From positions 1-64,000 of the forward strand of contig CAWHIJ010000003.1 of the NCBI GenBank assembly GCA_963829525.1: DNA of 64,000 nucleotides, in the 5' to 3' direction. Source of the stretch: an uncultured Actinomycetota bacterium. Lineage in GTDB: Bacteria; Actinomycetota; Actinomycetes; JAHEKZ01. A program made the position numbers and the translations under genes. Shown in pieces: positions 1 through 10,384 of this stretch. How positions within the stretch are numbered: the stretch's first letter is position 1; each line of letters begins with the position of its first letter. The notes beneath the pieces are model-generated. The model had not been told where the DNA came from. It worked only from the letters and a program-made list of their open reading frames with translations, and ran no database searches.

Positions 1-90
1 AACGCCTCATGCGGTCTCCGAGATGCGCCAGGCCCGCGTGCGTGGCGACATCTGACGTCGCGTCCGTGACTGGGTGACGTCTGCCCGCTT

Positions 91-155
91 GCTACGAGAG
101 TTAGCCCCGAAATCTCAGCGCTGCACGTCAAAATTCCGGGGCTAACTCTCGTAGC
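91..155. repeat. REP/MITE-like palindromic element, copy 1 (19-bp arms GCTACGAGAGTTAGCCCCG / CGGGGCTAACTCTCGTAGC)
   Basis: Perfect inverted repeat 91-109 and 137-155; same arms recur at 17901-17961. Confidence 0.85.
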
Positions 156-159
156 GAGC

Positions 160-893
160 TCAGGTCTTCCGCTTGTCACGCACGAAGACGATCAGGTTTT
201 GCCGCTTGATGTCGAAAAGCCCGGTGGCCTCGATCAAGTCGCTGAGCTTGCGGTACCCGTAGTTACGCGGATCGAACGAAGCTTGGTTGCTGATCTGAGC
301 GCCCACCGACGACAGGTGCGCCCAGCCGTCATCGCCGGCCGACGCGTCCACCGCCTGGCGGAGCATGAGCACGAGGCGGGCGTCGCCCCGGAGCGTCTTC
401 GAGTCGCTGGTCTTCAGTGCCGGCTCCGCGGCTGCTCCGACGGTTGTTCTGAGGGTTGTTCCAGCCCCTCGACGTAGGTGAACTGCGAACACGCGTTGAC
501 GAACGGATCGGGCGTCTTCTTCTCGCCGAAGCCGTAGACCTTCACGCCCTCGGTGAGAAGGCGCATCACCAGGGGCGTGAAGTCTGCATCACTTGAGACG
601 ATGGCGAACGCGTCCAGCGAGCGCGCGTAGAGAAGGTCCATCGCATCGATCACCATCGCCATGTCTGAGGCGTTCTTGCCGGAGCTGTAGGCGAACTGCT
701 GGATCGGGCGAATCGCGTAGGAATGAAGCGTTGCTTCCCACGCCTTGAGGTGCGGGCTCTTCCAGTCGCCGTAGGCACGCCGGACGTTGGCGGCTCCATG
801 CCGTGCCACCTCAGCAAGGATCACGTCGATCTTCGATGCAGGCGCGTTATCGGCGTCGATCAGCAGCGCGATCCGCTTCTCTCCAACGTCCAT
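160..893 (-). CDS. NYN (LabA/DUF88, PIN-like) domain protein with C-terminal OST-HTH/LOTUS domain; frameshift in linker near 430
   Basis: IALLIDADN, GKNASDMAMVIDAMD, IVSSDADF in 414..893; GWAHLSSVG..FDPRNYGYRKLSDLI in 160..492 frame. Confidence 0.85.
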
Positions 894-1010
894 ACGGTGT
901 GTGGCCCTTCGTTGGTGGGGCTGCGCGTGGCTTGCCGCACTCGATCATGCCGGACGGCTAGGCGTCTGTCCCCCCAGGGATGGACGAGAGTCAGGCCCAA
1001 TGAGCGGGAG

Positions 1011-2057
1011 CTACCCAGGGGGTGATGGCTCGCTCTTTGCCTCGCCCTCGGCCATCCATCGCGAGAGTCGCTGGCGCCCTGAAGCGAGCAGCGGTACCAG
1101 CCCCTGCGGCATGACGACAACGATGACAAGCAAGAGCCCGCCGAGCAGAATCAACCGGAACTCCGGCCACTGCTGCAACTGTGCCTGAATGAACGTGAGT
1201 ACCACCGTGCCGATCAGCGGCCCGGTGAGCGTGCCCAGCCCGCCGATCACCAGCATGGTCACCAGCAGGGTCATCGGACCCAGCCCCATGAGAGACGGGG
1301 AAACCACGCCGTAGGTGAACGCATAGAGGCCACCGGCGAGTCCGGCGAAGAAGCCCGAGATGGCAAACGACACCAACTGGTACTTCAGCGGGCCGACTCC
1401 GCGAGCTGCGGCCAGTGCTGGGTTATCGCGCAGCGCCGTCAAGCCGGTGCCCAGCGGTGACCGGACGATCAGATAGAGCACCAACAGGGTGAGCAGCACA
1501 CCGATCAGCGCAATCCAATAGATCACTCGCGCCCGCTGTTCGGGCTCCATTGACTGCAGCCCGAAGCCATCGAACCCGGACAGCCCGAAGGTGCCCCCAG
1601 TGGTGCCGCTCTTGTCGGTGATGATCAACAGCCGCACAACCTCGGCGAAGCCGAAGGTGAGCAGCGAGACGTAGATGCCACGAAGGCGCAGCGACGGCAC
1701 AGCCAGCACCAATGAGACGGCCATCGCCGCCACGGCACCGAGCAGCAGCGCCAGGATCCAGGGCAGCCCGGTGTGCAGTGACAACAGCGCCGCTGAGTAA
1801 CCGCCAATGGCGTAGATGCCGAGCTGGCCGAAGTTCCACACGCCCGAGTAGCCGAGCACCAGGTTCCACGACTGATTGAGCACCATCCAGATCAGGGCCA
1901 GCGTGCCGACGCCCACCCAGTACGGATCAGAGAACACGAACGGGAAGCCGATCGCGGCCAACAGGGCAACGCCGACAGGCAGCGGCGACGGCCGCGGCCA
2001 ACCCAATGCTCGAGTGTCGAGGGCCACAGAGGTTGTGGTCTCAGCAGGTGCAGTCAC
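1011..2057 (-). CDS. livM: Branched-chain amino acid-type ABC transporter permease (LivM-like)
   Basis: WNLVLGYSG..FG...YAIGGY, LRLRGIY, ALRDNP motifs; operon context. Confidence 0.9.
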   Translation of the reverse strand: MTAPAETTTSVALDTRALGWPRPSPLPVGVALLAAIGFPFVFSDPYWVGVGTLALIWMVLNQSWNLVLGYSGVWNFGQLGIYAIGGYSAALLSLHTGLPWILALLLGAVAAMAVSLVLAVPSLRLRGIYVSLLTFGFAEVVRLLIITDKSGTTGGTFGLSGFDGFGLQSMEPEQRARVIYWIALIGVLLTLLVLYLIVRSPLGTGLTALRDNPALAAARGVGPLKYQLVSFAISGFFAGLAGGLYAFTYGVVSPSLMGLGPMTLLVTMLVIGGLGTLTGPLIGTVVLTFIQAQLQQWPEFRLILLGGLLLVIVVVMPQGLVPLLASGRQRLSRWMAEGEAKSEPSPPG

Positions 2058-2941
2058 AACCGGGCCTCCTGCGGTTTGCCGGCAATCCCGTTAGGTCGGA
2101 CGACGAGTACAACGAGGATCACGAGGTAGAGCACCGGCAGCGCATAAGCGCTGTTCCAGTAGATCGACACCGCAGACTGGATGAACCCGATGATGTAGGC
2201 GGCATAGATCGTGCCGCGGACCGACCCGAGGCCCGCGAAGATGACCACGATCAGAGCCTGAAGCAGGGGCAGGTCCCCGGCGTTCGGGTACACGAAGTAG
2301 AGCGGCGCGAGCAGAACGCCGGCGAGCCCGGCCAGGGCCGCAGCGATGCCCATCGTCATTACGTATACCCGCCGCGCCGGAATCCCCATGAGCCGTGCGG
2401 CGTCCAGATTCTGGGCCACCGCCGTTATGGCAAGGCCATAGCGGGACCGCGACAGGAATGCCCCCAGCAACAGCAGCGAGCCGATGGCCACCACGGCGAT
2501 GAGCATCGAGTGGTAGGTGATCGACACCTGACTGGTGAGGTTCCAGGTCCCCTCCACGATGGGATCGAACGGCTTCTGCCTCGGTCCGTACATGAGCAGG
2601 ACGATGTTCTGCACCACGGTCGCGATGGCGAACGTGGAGATGAAGGCGGTCATCTCGAAGTCGATGCCCGAGCGGCCGAGCAGCGGACGCACGGCGAGTC
2701 CATAGACGAGTGCACCGAGCAAGAAGGTGACCAGCGCCGCGACAAAGAGCGAGGTCCAAACGGGTAGGCCGGTGCGATCCAGGAACGAGTAGGCGGCGAA
2801 GCCACCGACCATCACCATGACGCCTTGCGCCATGTTGAGGACTCGCAGCGTGCCGTACACGAGCGTCATGCCGATCGTGATCAGCGCCAGCACCGAGCCC
2901 TGAACGACGGTACTGACGAGGGTCTGCAGCAGCTGGTTCAC
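2054..2941 (-). CDS. livH: Branched-chain amino acid-type ABC transporter permease (LivH-like)
   Basis: ALITIGMTLVYG..VLNMAQG, AVAQNLDAARLMGI, GLGSVRG, VRPNG; 4-bp overlap with next gene. Confidence 0.9.
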   Translation of the reverse strand: MNQLLQTLVSTVVQGSVLALITIGMTLVYGTLRVLNMAQGVMVMVGGFAAYSFLDRTGLPVWTSLFVAALVTFLLGALVYGLAVRPLLGRSGIDFEMTAFISTFAIATVVQNIVLLMYGPRQKPFDPIVEGTWNLTSQVSITYHSMLIAVVAIGSLLLLGAFLSRSRYGLAITAVAQNLDAARLMGIPARRVYVMTMGIAAALAGLAGVLLAPLYFVYPNAGDLPLLQALIVVIFAGLGSVRGTIYAAYIIGFIQSAVSIYWNSAYALPVLYLVILVVLVVRPNGIAGKPQEARL

Positions 2942-2944
2942 CGC

Positions 2945-3658
2945 CTACTCGCCCCCGATCCCGAGGTAGGTCTCGACCACTGCCCTGTCGTTCAGCACTT
3001 CCTCGACACTGCCGCTCTTGACCACTGCACCGTTCTCCATCAGGACGACGGTGTCTGCGAGCTTCTGCACGTGCGCGAAGTTCTCCTCAACCAACAGGAT
3101 CGTCCGCCCGCCGCGCGCGATGGCCGCGATTTGGCTGTACACCTCGTCGACGAGGACCGGCGCCAAGCCCAGGGATGGTTCATCGATCATGAGCAGCTCG
3201 GCGTGTGACATCAGTCCGCGCCCCAGCGCAAGCATCCGTCGCTCACCCCCGGAAAGGGTCCGCGCTCGCTGCGGCTTTCGCTCGGCCAGCTGCGGAAAGA
3301 GGGCAAAGACCTCTGCCAGACGCTTGTTGCGGGTGCTGCGGTCCGGGTGCGAGAAGCCACCGAGCAACAGGTTCTCCTCGACGGTCATGTCGGTGAAGAG
3401 AAGGTCGCCTTGTGGAATGTGGACCAGTCCCCGCTTGACGATGCTCTCCGGACTCTTTCCGGTGATGTCGTCTCCGCGGAAGCGGATCGTCCCACCGCGG
3501 GCGGGAAGCAGCCCACTGATGGCCCGCAACAGAGTCGTCTTACCGTGCCCGTTCGGGCCGATGACGACCACGAAGCCGCCCTCCGGCACGTCCAGGTCCA
3601 TGCCGTCGATCACGGTGGACGCCCCGTAGCCGCAGCGGAGCCCACGCACCTCAAGCAT
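2945..3658 (-). CDS. livF: ABC transporter ATP-binding protein (LivF-like)
   Basis: GPNGHGKTT, LSGGERRMLA, LMIDEPSLGLAP. Confidence 0.92.
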   Translation of the reverse strand: MLEVRGLRCGYGASTVIDGMDLDVPEGGFVVVIGPNGHGKTTLLRAISGLLPARGGTIRFRGDDITGKSPESIVKRGLVHIPQGDLLFTDMTVEENLLLGGFSHPDRSTRNKRLAEVFALFPQLAERKPQRARTLSGGERRMLALGRGLMSHAELLMIDEPSLGLAPVLVDEVYSQIAAIARGGRTILLVEENFAHVQKLADTVVLMENGAVVKSGSVEEVLNDRAVVETYLGIGGE

Positions 3659-4442
3659 CGTCTGCCTCCTGATCGCCCCTGCGGCCCAGGTAGACCCGCA
3701 CGACTTCTTCGTCGGCGAGCACGTCAGCGGGTGAGCCCTCGAACAGCTTGCTTCCGTGGTTCATGATCAAGACCCGGTCCGACAGCGCCATCAACGCCCG
3801 CATGACGTGCTCGATGAGCACGATGGTGATGCCGCGTCGCTGAATAGCGGCAAGCAGCTCCATGAGCTGGTCGACCTCGGGAGGAGTCAGCCCGCCAAAG
3901 GGTTCGTCCAGAAACAGCAGTGCGGGATCGCTCGCCAGGGCCGAGGCGATCATCAGCCGCTTCTTGTCGAACACCGCCAGCGGGCCGGCCTGGGCAGCAG
4001 ACCGGTCCGCCAGCCCCACGAAAGACAGCTCACGTTGCGTCGCCTCGAGCAGTTCGCGCTTGACTCGAAGACCGGACCACCATCGGTGGGGGTGGCCGAA
4101 GTGGGCTCCTGCGAGGACGTTGGAGGCCACGGTCTGGGTGTCGAACACCGAGGGCAGCTGGAAAGTGCGAGCCAGTCCCAACTGGCAGATGCGATGCACG
4201 GACGCGTGTTGGATCGGTTCGCCGGCGAAGGTGATCGACCCCTCGTCGGCTCGGACCATTCCGGTGACGACGTCGAACAGCGTCGTCTTCCCCGCGCCGT
4301 TGGGTCCAGCGATACCAATGATCGCGCCAGCTTCAACTGTGAAACTGATGCCATCGACCGCGGCGAGTCCGCCGTAGCGTTTGACGACACCCTCCGCCTG
4401 CAGCAGAGGGGCTCCTTTGGACGACGGCTCCGTCAGATCCAC
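3651..4442 (-). CDS. livG: ABC transporter ATP-binding protein (LivG-like)
   Basis: GPNGAGKTT, GLARTFQ, LFLDEP, LIEH, VYLG. Confidence 0.92.
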   Translation of the reverse strand: MDLTEPSSKGAPLLQAEGVVKRYGGLAAVDGISFTVEAGAIIGIAGPNGAGKTTLFDVVTGMVRADEGSITFAGEPIQHASVHRICQLGLARTFQLPSVFDTQTVASNVLAGAHFGHPHRWWSGLRVKRELLEATQRELSFVGLADRSAAQAGPLAVFDKKRLMIASALASDPALLFLDEPFGGLTPPEVDQLMELLAAIQRRGITIVLIEHVMRALMALSDRVLIMNHGSKLFEGSPADVLADEEVVRVYLGRRGDQEADDA

Positions 4443-5758
4443 GGTGGGAGCTCGAAGCTTCCCTTGGTGTACGGATCAGGCGAGACAGGCACCTGCTTGC
4501 CCGCCTGAATCTGATAGGTGAGGTGCGGCATCCCAAGACTCGGGTCGTTGACCAGGTCGGGGAACGGCGCCGCAGCGAGCTCGGTGTCCGAGATCCACCG
4601 GACGGTGCCCGAGACGCCTCGGAAGATCACCGACTTGAGCAGCTTGTTCACCAGATCGAAGTTGTACGGGTCGCCCGCCATTGCTGCCGTTTGCGCCCAG
4701 AGGCGCACCATGTCGTACTGCCCACCGGCCTGGGACAGTCCGGCCTTCGAGTTGTACTTCGCCTCGTACGTGGCCAGGAAGGCCTCGCCGATCGCGTCCG
4801 GGAGGGTGCCGATGGTCGTCGACCAGATGACGCCATATCCGGCGTCTCCAGCAAGCTCGAGGTACTCGGGGATGCTCGGTCCGTACTGCTGGTACAGCAA
4901 AGACGGCGTAGGCGAGGTCGCGAACTGCTTGGCGAAGCTGGCGAGGTCGCCGGGGATGTAGTCGGTCATGTAGATCAGCCCGGGCGGGTTGGCCCGGATC
5001 TTCGACAGAATCGGGCCCCAGTCGGCATTCGGTGCAGTGACCTCTTCGTAAATCGGCACGCTCCATCCGATGCCCTCGACCTCTGACTGGAACGCCTTGG
5101 CGATCGAGATGCTGTAGGGGTCGTTGCTCGTGACGATCGCGACCGTCTTCGCTGACGGTGCCCACGCTCCAGAACGGATCCACTCCTCCATCAGGGGGAC
5201 GAAGCCCTTGCCGTACCAGATCTCGCTCGGGCACCCCTGGTAGATGTTGTCCATTCCCTTCTTGGTGGCGAAGTCGACGTTCGCCTGCAAGGTGTTGAGG
5301 TGGAACATCGGGATGCCGGCATCGGCGTAGACGGAGAACTCGGTGGAGTTGTTGGAGCAGTAGCCGGAGAAGACCGCGGCAACGTTGTCCTGATTCACCA
5401 GCCGCTGGGCTGCCTGCACGTAGTTCTCGGGGGCGAGGTCGCTGACATCGGCAGTCACCAGCACGAGCTGCCGCCCGGCGACTCCGCCGTTGTCGTTGAT
5501 CTCGGCGATGGCCAGCTCTTGGCCGCGCACCATCTCCTGGCCGTCACCGGAGTATGGGCCGGTGACAGGGCTGACACTGCCGATCTTGAGGTCTTCGCCG
5601 CTCGCACCTCCGGAAGAAGATGACGAACTGTCGTCGGGTGCCACGAAGTACCCGGCGACGCCGCCGACCACCAGGCCGCCGATCCCTGCCGCACCCATCC
5701 CCGTGACGAAGTCGCGCCGCGAAACTCCCTTACCAGCCTGTGCACTGTCGTCGCTCAT
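4433..5758 (-). CDS. ABC solute-binding protein, type I PBP (LivK/AmiC-like) with Tat signal
   Basis: SRRDFV Tat motif; KIGSVSPVTG, EINDNGGVAGR; heads the ABC operon. Confidence 0.88.
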   Translation of the reverse strand: MSDDSAQAGKGVSRRDFVTGMGAAGIGGLVVGGVAGYFVAPDDSSSSSSGGASGEDLKIGSVSPVTGPYSGDGQEMVRGQELAIAEINDNGGVAGRQLVLVTADVSDLAPENYVQAAQRLVNQDNVAAVFSGYCSNNSTEFSVYADAGIPMFHLNTLQANVDFATKKGMDNIYQGCPSEIWYGKGFVPLMEEWIRSGAWAPSAKTVAIVTSNDPYSISIAKAFQSEVEGIGWSVPIYEEVTAPNADWGPILSKIRANPPGLIYMTDYIPGDLASFAKQFATSPTPSLLYQQYGPSIPEYLELAGDAGYGVIWSTTIGTLPDAIGEAFLATYEAKYNSKAGLSQAGGQYDMVRLWAQTAAMAGDPYNFDLVNKLLKSVIFRGVSGTVRWISDTELAAAPFPDLVNDPSLGMPHLTYQIQAGKQVPVSPDPYTKGSFELPPWI

Positions 5759-5834
5759 GAGCTGCTTTGCCTCCCATAGGGGTTCGGCCTTGTCCTGGTG
5801 ACCTGTATCTCACCGGGCGGGGGCGACGTGGTCA

Positions 5835-5853
5835 TACGTCATTTGACGGATGG
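5835..5853. promoter_or_regulatory. Palindromic operator TACGTCA-TT-TGACGGA in divergent promoter
   Basis: 16/19 identity with reverse complement of 14139-14157; TAGCGT -10-like hexamer at 5872. Confidence 0.65.
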
Positions 5854-5900
5854 ATGGAAAATCCTCGGCCCTAGCGTGGGGCTCTCCAGGAGGAGGCGCC

Positions 5901-6683
5901 ATGTGGCCCAACGGTGCGTCGAGCGCTGCTGTGGTGAGCTTCGACTTCGACGCTGAAGAGGTCTGGATCGGCGAGGACCCCGCGAACGCTCATCGGCCGG
6001 GGACTCTCTCGCAGGGAACCTACGGCGCCAAGGTCGGGGTACCACGCCTGTTGGACCTGCTCGACCGGCTCTCCCTCACCGCGACCTTCTTCGTGCCAGG
6101 ACGCGTGGCCGAGCGCTACCCGGACCGCGTGCGCGAGATCATCAGCGCCGGGCATGAGATCGGGCACCACGGCTACACCCACACCTCGCCGACCTCGCTC
6201 ACTCGCGAGCAGGAGGAGGCCGAGCTGACCAAGGGCAAGCAGGTGCTCGAGGCGCTCGGGGCCGAGGTCGTCGGCTACCGCTCACCGTCGTGGGACTTCA
6301 GCCCTCATACCCTCGACCTGCTCGTCAGCCATGGCTTCCAGTACTCCTCGAACCTGATGGACGACATCCGGCCCTATCGCCATCCGAAGCACTCGATCGT
6401 CGAGCTACCCGTGCACTGGTCCATCGACGATGCCGCCCACTTCTGGTTTGACGCCGCATCCTGGGCCAAGACGATTCGCTCGGCGTCCGAAGTCGAGTCG
6501 CTCTGGCGAGAAGAGCTCGAGGGCTACGTCGCGGCCGAAGGCATGTTCATGCTCACGATGCATCCACAGATCATCGGACGGCCCGGTCGCCTGTTGATGC
6601 TCGAGCGCTTCTTGCGGCACCTGACCCAGCAGGACGGGATCTGGATCGCGACGGCACGGATGGTCGCGGAGCGTGTGACGTGA
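5901..6683 (+). CDS. Polysaccharide deacetylase (NodB/CE4, PuuE-like) family amidohydrolase
   Basis: SFDFDAE, ATFFVPG, HEIGHHGYTH, GYRSPSW, MHPQIIGRP; AGGAGG RBS before ATG 5901. Confidence 0.88.
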   Translation: MWPNGASSAAVVSFDFDAEEVWIGEDPANAHRPGTLSQGTYGAKVGVPRLLDLLDRLSLTATFFVPGRVAERYPDRVREIISAGHEIGHHGYTHTSPTSLTREQEEAELTKGKQVLEALGAEVVGYRSPSWDFSPHTLDLLVSHGFQYSSNLMDDIRPYRHPKHSIVELPVHWSIDDAAHFWFDAASWAKTIRSASEVESLWREELEGYVAAEGMFMLTMHPQIIGRPGRLLMLERFLRHLTQQDGIWIATARMVAERVT

Positions 6684-7468
6684 GCGAGCCCGATCCCGGC
6701 CCAGTTGCCATCGTGACCGGGGCCGCACGGGGCCTGGGCCTGGGCATCGTTGGTGAGCTGCTCGCAGCGGGGTGGCGCGTGTGCGGTGCCGACATCAACC
6801 CAGACCTCAGTGCCTCACTTGCAGCCACCGCCGAGAGCGACCCGTCCAGGGTCCTCGCCGTAGTGGCCGACGTGAGCACCGAGTCGGGGTGCCAAGAGGT
6901 CGTCCGGCAGGCCTGGCAGACCTTTGGCCGGATCGATGCGTTGGTCAACAATGCCGGCGTCGGAGGCCCGTCGACGACGGTCCACGAGACCGATCCGGAT
7001 GACTTCACCCAGGTGATCGGCGTCAACCTGATCGGTCCCTTCCACATGACCCGCGCGGCGGTCCCCCGCATCATCGAGGGTGGTCGCGGTGGCGGCGTCG
7101 TGAACATCGGGTCGATCCTCGGCCAGAACGCCGAGGCAGGGAGCGGCGCCTACGCCGCGTCGAAGGCTGGGCTGGCCCAGCTGGGGCAAGCCATGGCGCT
7201 CGAGCTGGGCCCGCACGGGATCCGGGTCAACACGGTCGCGCCCGGCTACATGCTTACCGCCATGCACGAGGAGTACATGACCGAGCTCGCCACGACGACC
7301 GGGCGTGCGTACGAAGAGACGGTCGCGGCGCTGCGGTCGTCGGTGCCCCTGGGTCGGCACGGCACCCCCGAGGACGTCGGGCACGTGGTCGCTTGGCTGC
7401 TGTCCGACCGTGCCTCGTACGTCACCGGGCAGACCATCGGCGTCAACGGAGGGATTCTGCTCACATGA
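6680..7468 (+). CDS. SDR family oxidoreductase
   Basis: TGAARGLG, NNAG, YAASK. Confidence 0.92.
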   Translation: MSEPDPGPVAIVTGAARGLGLGIVGELLAAGWRVCGADINPDLSASLAATAESDPSRVLAVVADVSTESGCQEVVRQAWQTFGRIDALVNNAGVGGPSTTVHETDPDDFTQVIGVNLIGPFHMTRAAVPRIIEGGRGGGVVNIGSILGQNAEAGSGAYAASKAGLAQLGQAMALELGPHGIRVNTVAPGYMLTAMHEEYMTELATTTGRAYEETVAALRSSVPLGRHGTPEDVGHVVAWLLSDRASYVTGQTIGVNGGILLT

Positions 7469-8226
7469 GCACAACGCAGCGTCAGCGACGGCTGATCGTC
7501 ACCGGAGCGGGCTCCGGGATAGGCATGGCGGTCTGCGAGGCAGCGACCATCCAGAAGTGGCAGGTCGTTGGGATCGACCGCGACGCACTTGGTCTGGACC
7601 GGCTTGCCAGCGCGACCGGGGCGGCCACGATCGTCAGCGACGTCACCGACGAGGCCTCCGTCGAACTGGCAGTCGACCATGCTTCCGAGCTGCTCGGCGG
7701 ACTTCCGGACGCCCTGGTCACGGCGGCCGGCGTGTACGACGTGAAGAAGGCAGAGGAGACGAGTCTGCAGGACTTCATCAAGGTCTTGACGATCAACACC
7801 GCAGGCTCGTTCATGTTTGCTCGAGCCGTCGTGAACCGGCTGCGGCATGGACGACCTGGTCCGACGGGCTGCTCCATCGTCTTCTTGTCATCGATGGCCG
7901 TTGGGCGCGGAGACGCTGCTGAGCCCACAGTCTCCTACAGCGCGAGCAAGGGTGCCGTGGAGGCGATGATGCGCCAACTCGCCGTTGAATGGGCGCCGTA
8001 CGAGGTGCGGGTCAACGCGGTCAGTCCCGGGGTGATCCATACCCCCATGCTGCGACTGATGGACGACCCCGAGTCGGGCAACCGCTACCTGCGTGAGTCG
8101 GTACCACTGGCCAGGCTTGGCACGGCCGCTGAGGTTGCCTCCGCCTGTCTGTTTCTTCTTGACGACGCCTCCGCGTACATCACCGGTGCGGTCGTACCAG
8201 TCGATGGTGGAGTCACCGTCCAATGA
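7465..8226 (+). CDS. SDR family oxidoreductase
   Basis: TGAGSGIG, YSASK, VNAVSPG; ATGA overlap with previous gene. Confidence 0.9.
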   Translation: MSTTQRQRRLIVTGAGSGIGMAVCEAATIQKWQVVGIDRDALGLDRLASATGAATIVSDVTDEASVELAVDHASELLGGLPDALVTAAGVYDVKKAEETSLQDFIKVLTINTAGSFMFARAVVNRLRHGRPGPTGCSIVFLSSMAVGRGDAAEPTVSYSASKGAVEAMMRQLAVEWAPYEVRVNAVSPGVIHTPMLRLMDDPESGNRYLRESVPLARLGTAAEVASACLFLLDDASAYITGAVVPVDGGVTVQ

Positions 8227-8253
8227 CGCTGCTGATCCGCTGGAGGTTCTGAG

Positions 8254-9375
8254 GTGTTTCCCCATGTGAGAGTCACCGGTGACAGCCGGACGCGGGGTCG
8301 GCAGTACGGGGAGCAGGCAGCCGACCGGGTACGCCGCAGCATCGAGGCCTACGGCGCGGTGTTCGAGTACTACGCCCACTGGGACTGGCCGACGGTGACC
8401 GAGCAGGCGTTGCGCTACGTCGAGCCGATCGGCGCGTATCACCAGGGCTACCTGCAGGAGATGGAGGGAATCGCCGAAGGCGCAGGCGTGCCGTTCCCCG
8501 ACGTTCTGGCGATCAACGTCCGCACCGAGGTGATGTTCGCCGCCAAGGCCCGCGATGCCAACGTCACCCTCCCGCACGTCGGCGAATGCTCGGCTTTCGT
8601 GGCCATCCCAGATGACGACCGACCAGTTCTCGCTGGCCAGAACTGGGACTGGCTCACTCACGCCTTCGACACCACCGTTGTGCTCGAAGCCATCCAGGAC
8701 GATGGGCCGCGGTTCGTGACGGCAGTCGAGGCGGGCCTACTCGCGAAGGCAGGATTCAACGAACACGGCCTCGGCGTCGGCACCAACGCACTCGTCAGCG
8801 ACGGGGACTCTGGCGCCCCCGGCGTGCCGTACCACGTGCTGCTTCGGGCCATGCTGGACGCGCGCAATCCCACCGAGGCACTGGTCGCCCTGCAACGATC
8901 GCAACGATCGTCTTCGGCGAGCTACCTGATCTCCCATCGAGACGGCCTCGGTCTTGGCGTGGAGGCAACGCCTGGTGGTTTCGAACGCCTCTTGCTGTCA
9001 GCCCCAGACGATCGCGGTCTGATCCTTCACACCAACCACTTCGTCCACCCGGACTTCGACGGCGCCGACGTCGGGGTCTGGGTCATGCCGGACAGCGTCT
9101 TCCGGCTGCAACGGGTTCGCCGCGCGCTTTCACTGTCCGACCCCCACGCGGCCGAGACCTACGAGTCGCTCTTCACCGACCACGCCGGCCACCCGCTGGG
9201 GGTGTGCTGTCACCCGATTACCTCCGATCCGCTACCGGAGCAGGGGGCGACGGTCTACAGCCTGATCATGGATCTCGACGCGATGACCATGCGCTTTGCC
9301 GACGGCATGCCCTGTGACACCGGCTACCGCACGATCGACTACGCCCCGTTCTTTTCAGCAAAGGGAACGTCATGA
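8254..9375 (+). CDS. Peptidase C45 / acyl-CoA:6-APA acyltransferase-like Ntn hydrolase
   Basis: RGRQYGEQ, EMEGIAEGA, GE-CS nucleophile, GQNWDW, HTNHF. Confidence 0.88.
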   Translation: MFPHVRVTGDSRTRGRQYGEQAADRVRRSIEAYGAVFEYYAHWDWPTVTEQALRYVEPIGAYHQGYLQEMEGIAEGAGVPFPDVLAINVRTEVMFAAKARDANVTLPHVGECSAFVAIPDDDRPVLAGQNWDWLTHAFDTTVVLEAIQDDGPRFVTAVEAGLLAKAGFNEHGLGVGTNALVSDGDSGAPGVPYHVLLRAMLDARNPTEALVALQRSQRSSSASYLISHRDGLGLGVEATPGGFERLLLSAPDDRGLILHTNHFVHPDFDGADVGVWVMPDSVFRLQRVRRALSLSDPHAAETYESLFTDHAGHPLGVCCHPITSDPLPEQGATVYSLIMDLDAMTMRFADGMPCDTGYRTIDYAPFFSAKGTS

Positions 9376-10384
9376 CCGTCGCCCTCGGGTACGGCCTGGT
9401 GACCTGCCAGACCCATCCGGACCGCCCCGAGACGTGGCTCGACCTCTACCAAGAGGCGCTGACGCTCGCCGAGCAGGTGGAACGAAGCGGGCTGGACTCC
9501 ATCTGGGTCAGCGAGCACCACTTTGTCGACGATGGTCATCTGCCGAGCCTGCTGCCGCTGCTCGCCGCCTTCGCTGCTCGAACCTCGAGGGTCAGACTGG
9601 GCGCCGGGCTTCTGCTGGCACCGCTGCATAATCCGTTGCGCATCATCGAGGACGCAGCAGTGGTCGATCTTCTCGCCTCCGGTCGGCTGGTGCTGGCCCT
9701 CGGGTTGGGGTGGCGTGACGAAGAGTTCGACGCCTTCGGCGTCTCGACCTCCGACCGCGTCCGACGCATGACCGCTCTGCTGGCCATGGCGCGATCAGCG
9801 TGGGCCGGTGAGCCCGTCGACGCTGGAGCCGCCCGGCCGCGCGTCACTCCGCTGCCGGCCCAGCCCGGAGGCCCAGAGGTGTGGATCGGCGGCCTGGTGG
9901 AGCCGGCGGTCCGTCGGGCAGGACGCATCGCGGACGGTTTCATGGCGACCGAGGTGACCCCCTCTGAGCTCGCCGAACAGGTCAGCTGGGCGCGAGAAGA
10001 ACACGCGGCCCGCGGTAGTGGCGACCGGTTCACCATCAGCGTCCACCTTCCCACCCTCTGCCTGCCGGCCGGTGTCGTGTGGGCCGACGCGGCGGAGGCC
10101 CTGCGCTATCCAGGCTGGAAGTACGACGACATGGGCGGGGACAAAGGGGCAGCGGGTCCGTTGCGGCGCCCCGAACCGGCAAGTGCTGACGAACTCGATC
10201 GGCTTCGGGCTACCTCGGTGGTGGGATCACCTGCCGAGGTGGCCGAGCAGATCCACAGCTACGCAGAGGCAGCGGGAGGCGATCTGCACTTCATCGCCAG
10301 GTCCTACCTGCCTGGTCTCGGGCCGGATGCGCGCCTTGAGGCCCTGCAGGGCCTAGGCGCAGCGTGCGTCAGCTGCTCGCCTAG
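9372..10384 (+). CDS. LLM-class (luciferase-like) flavin-dependent oxidoreductase; probable frameshift near 10360
   Basis: IWVSEHHF, PLHNPLRIIEDAAVVDLL, GLGWRDEEF; alternative frame ends VRQLLA-TAG at 10384 abutting the convergent stop. Confidence 0.82.

Noticed and set aside
8254-9375. Penicillin biosynthesis
   Set aside because: C45 family is widespread; no ACV synthetase or IPNS; context is catabolic
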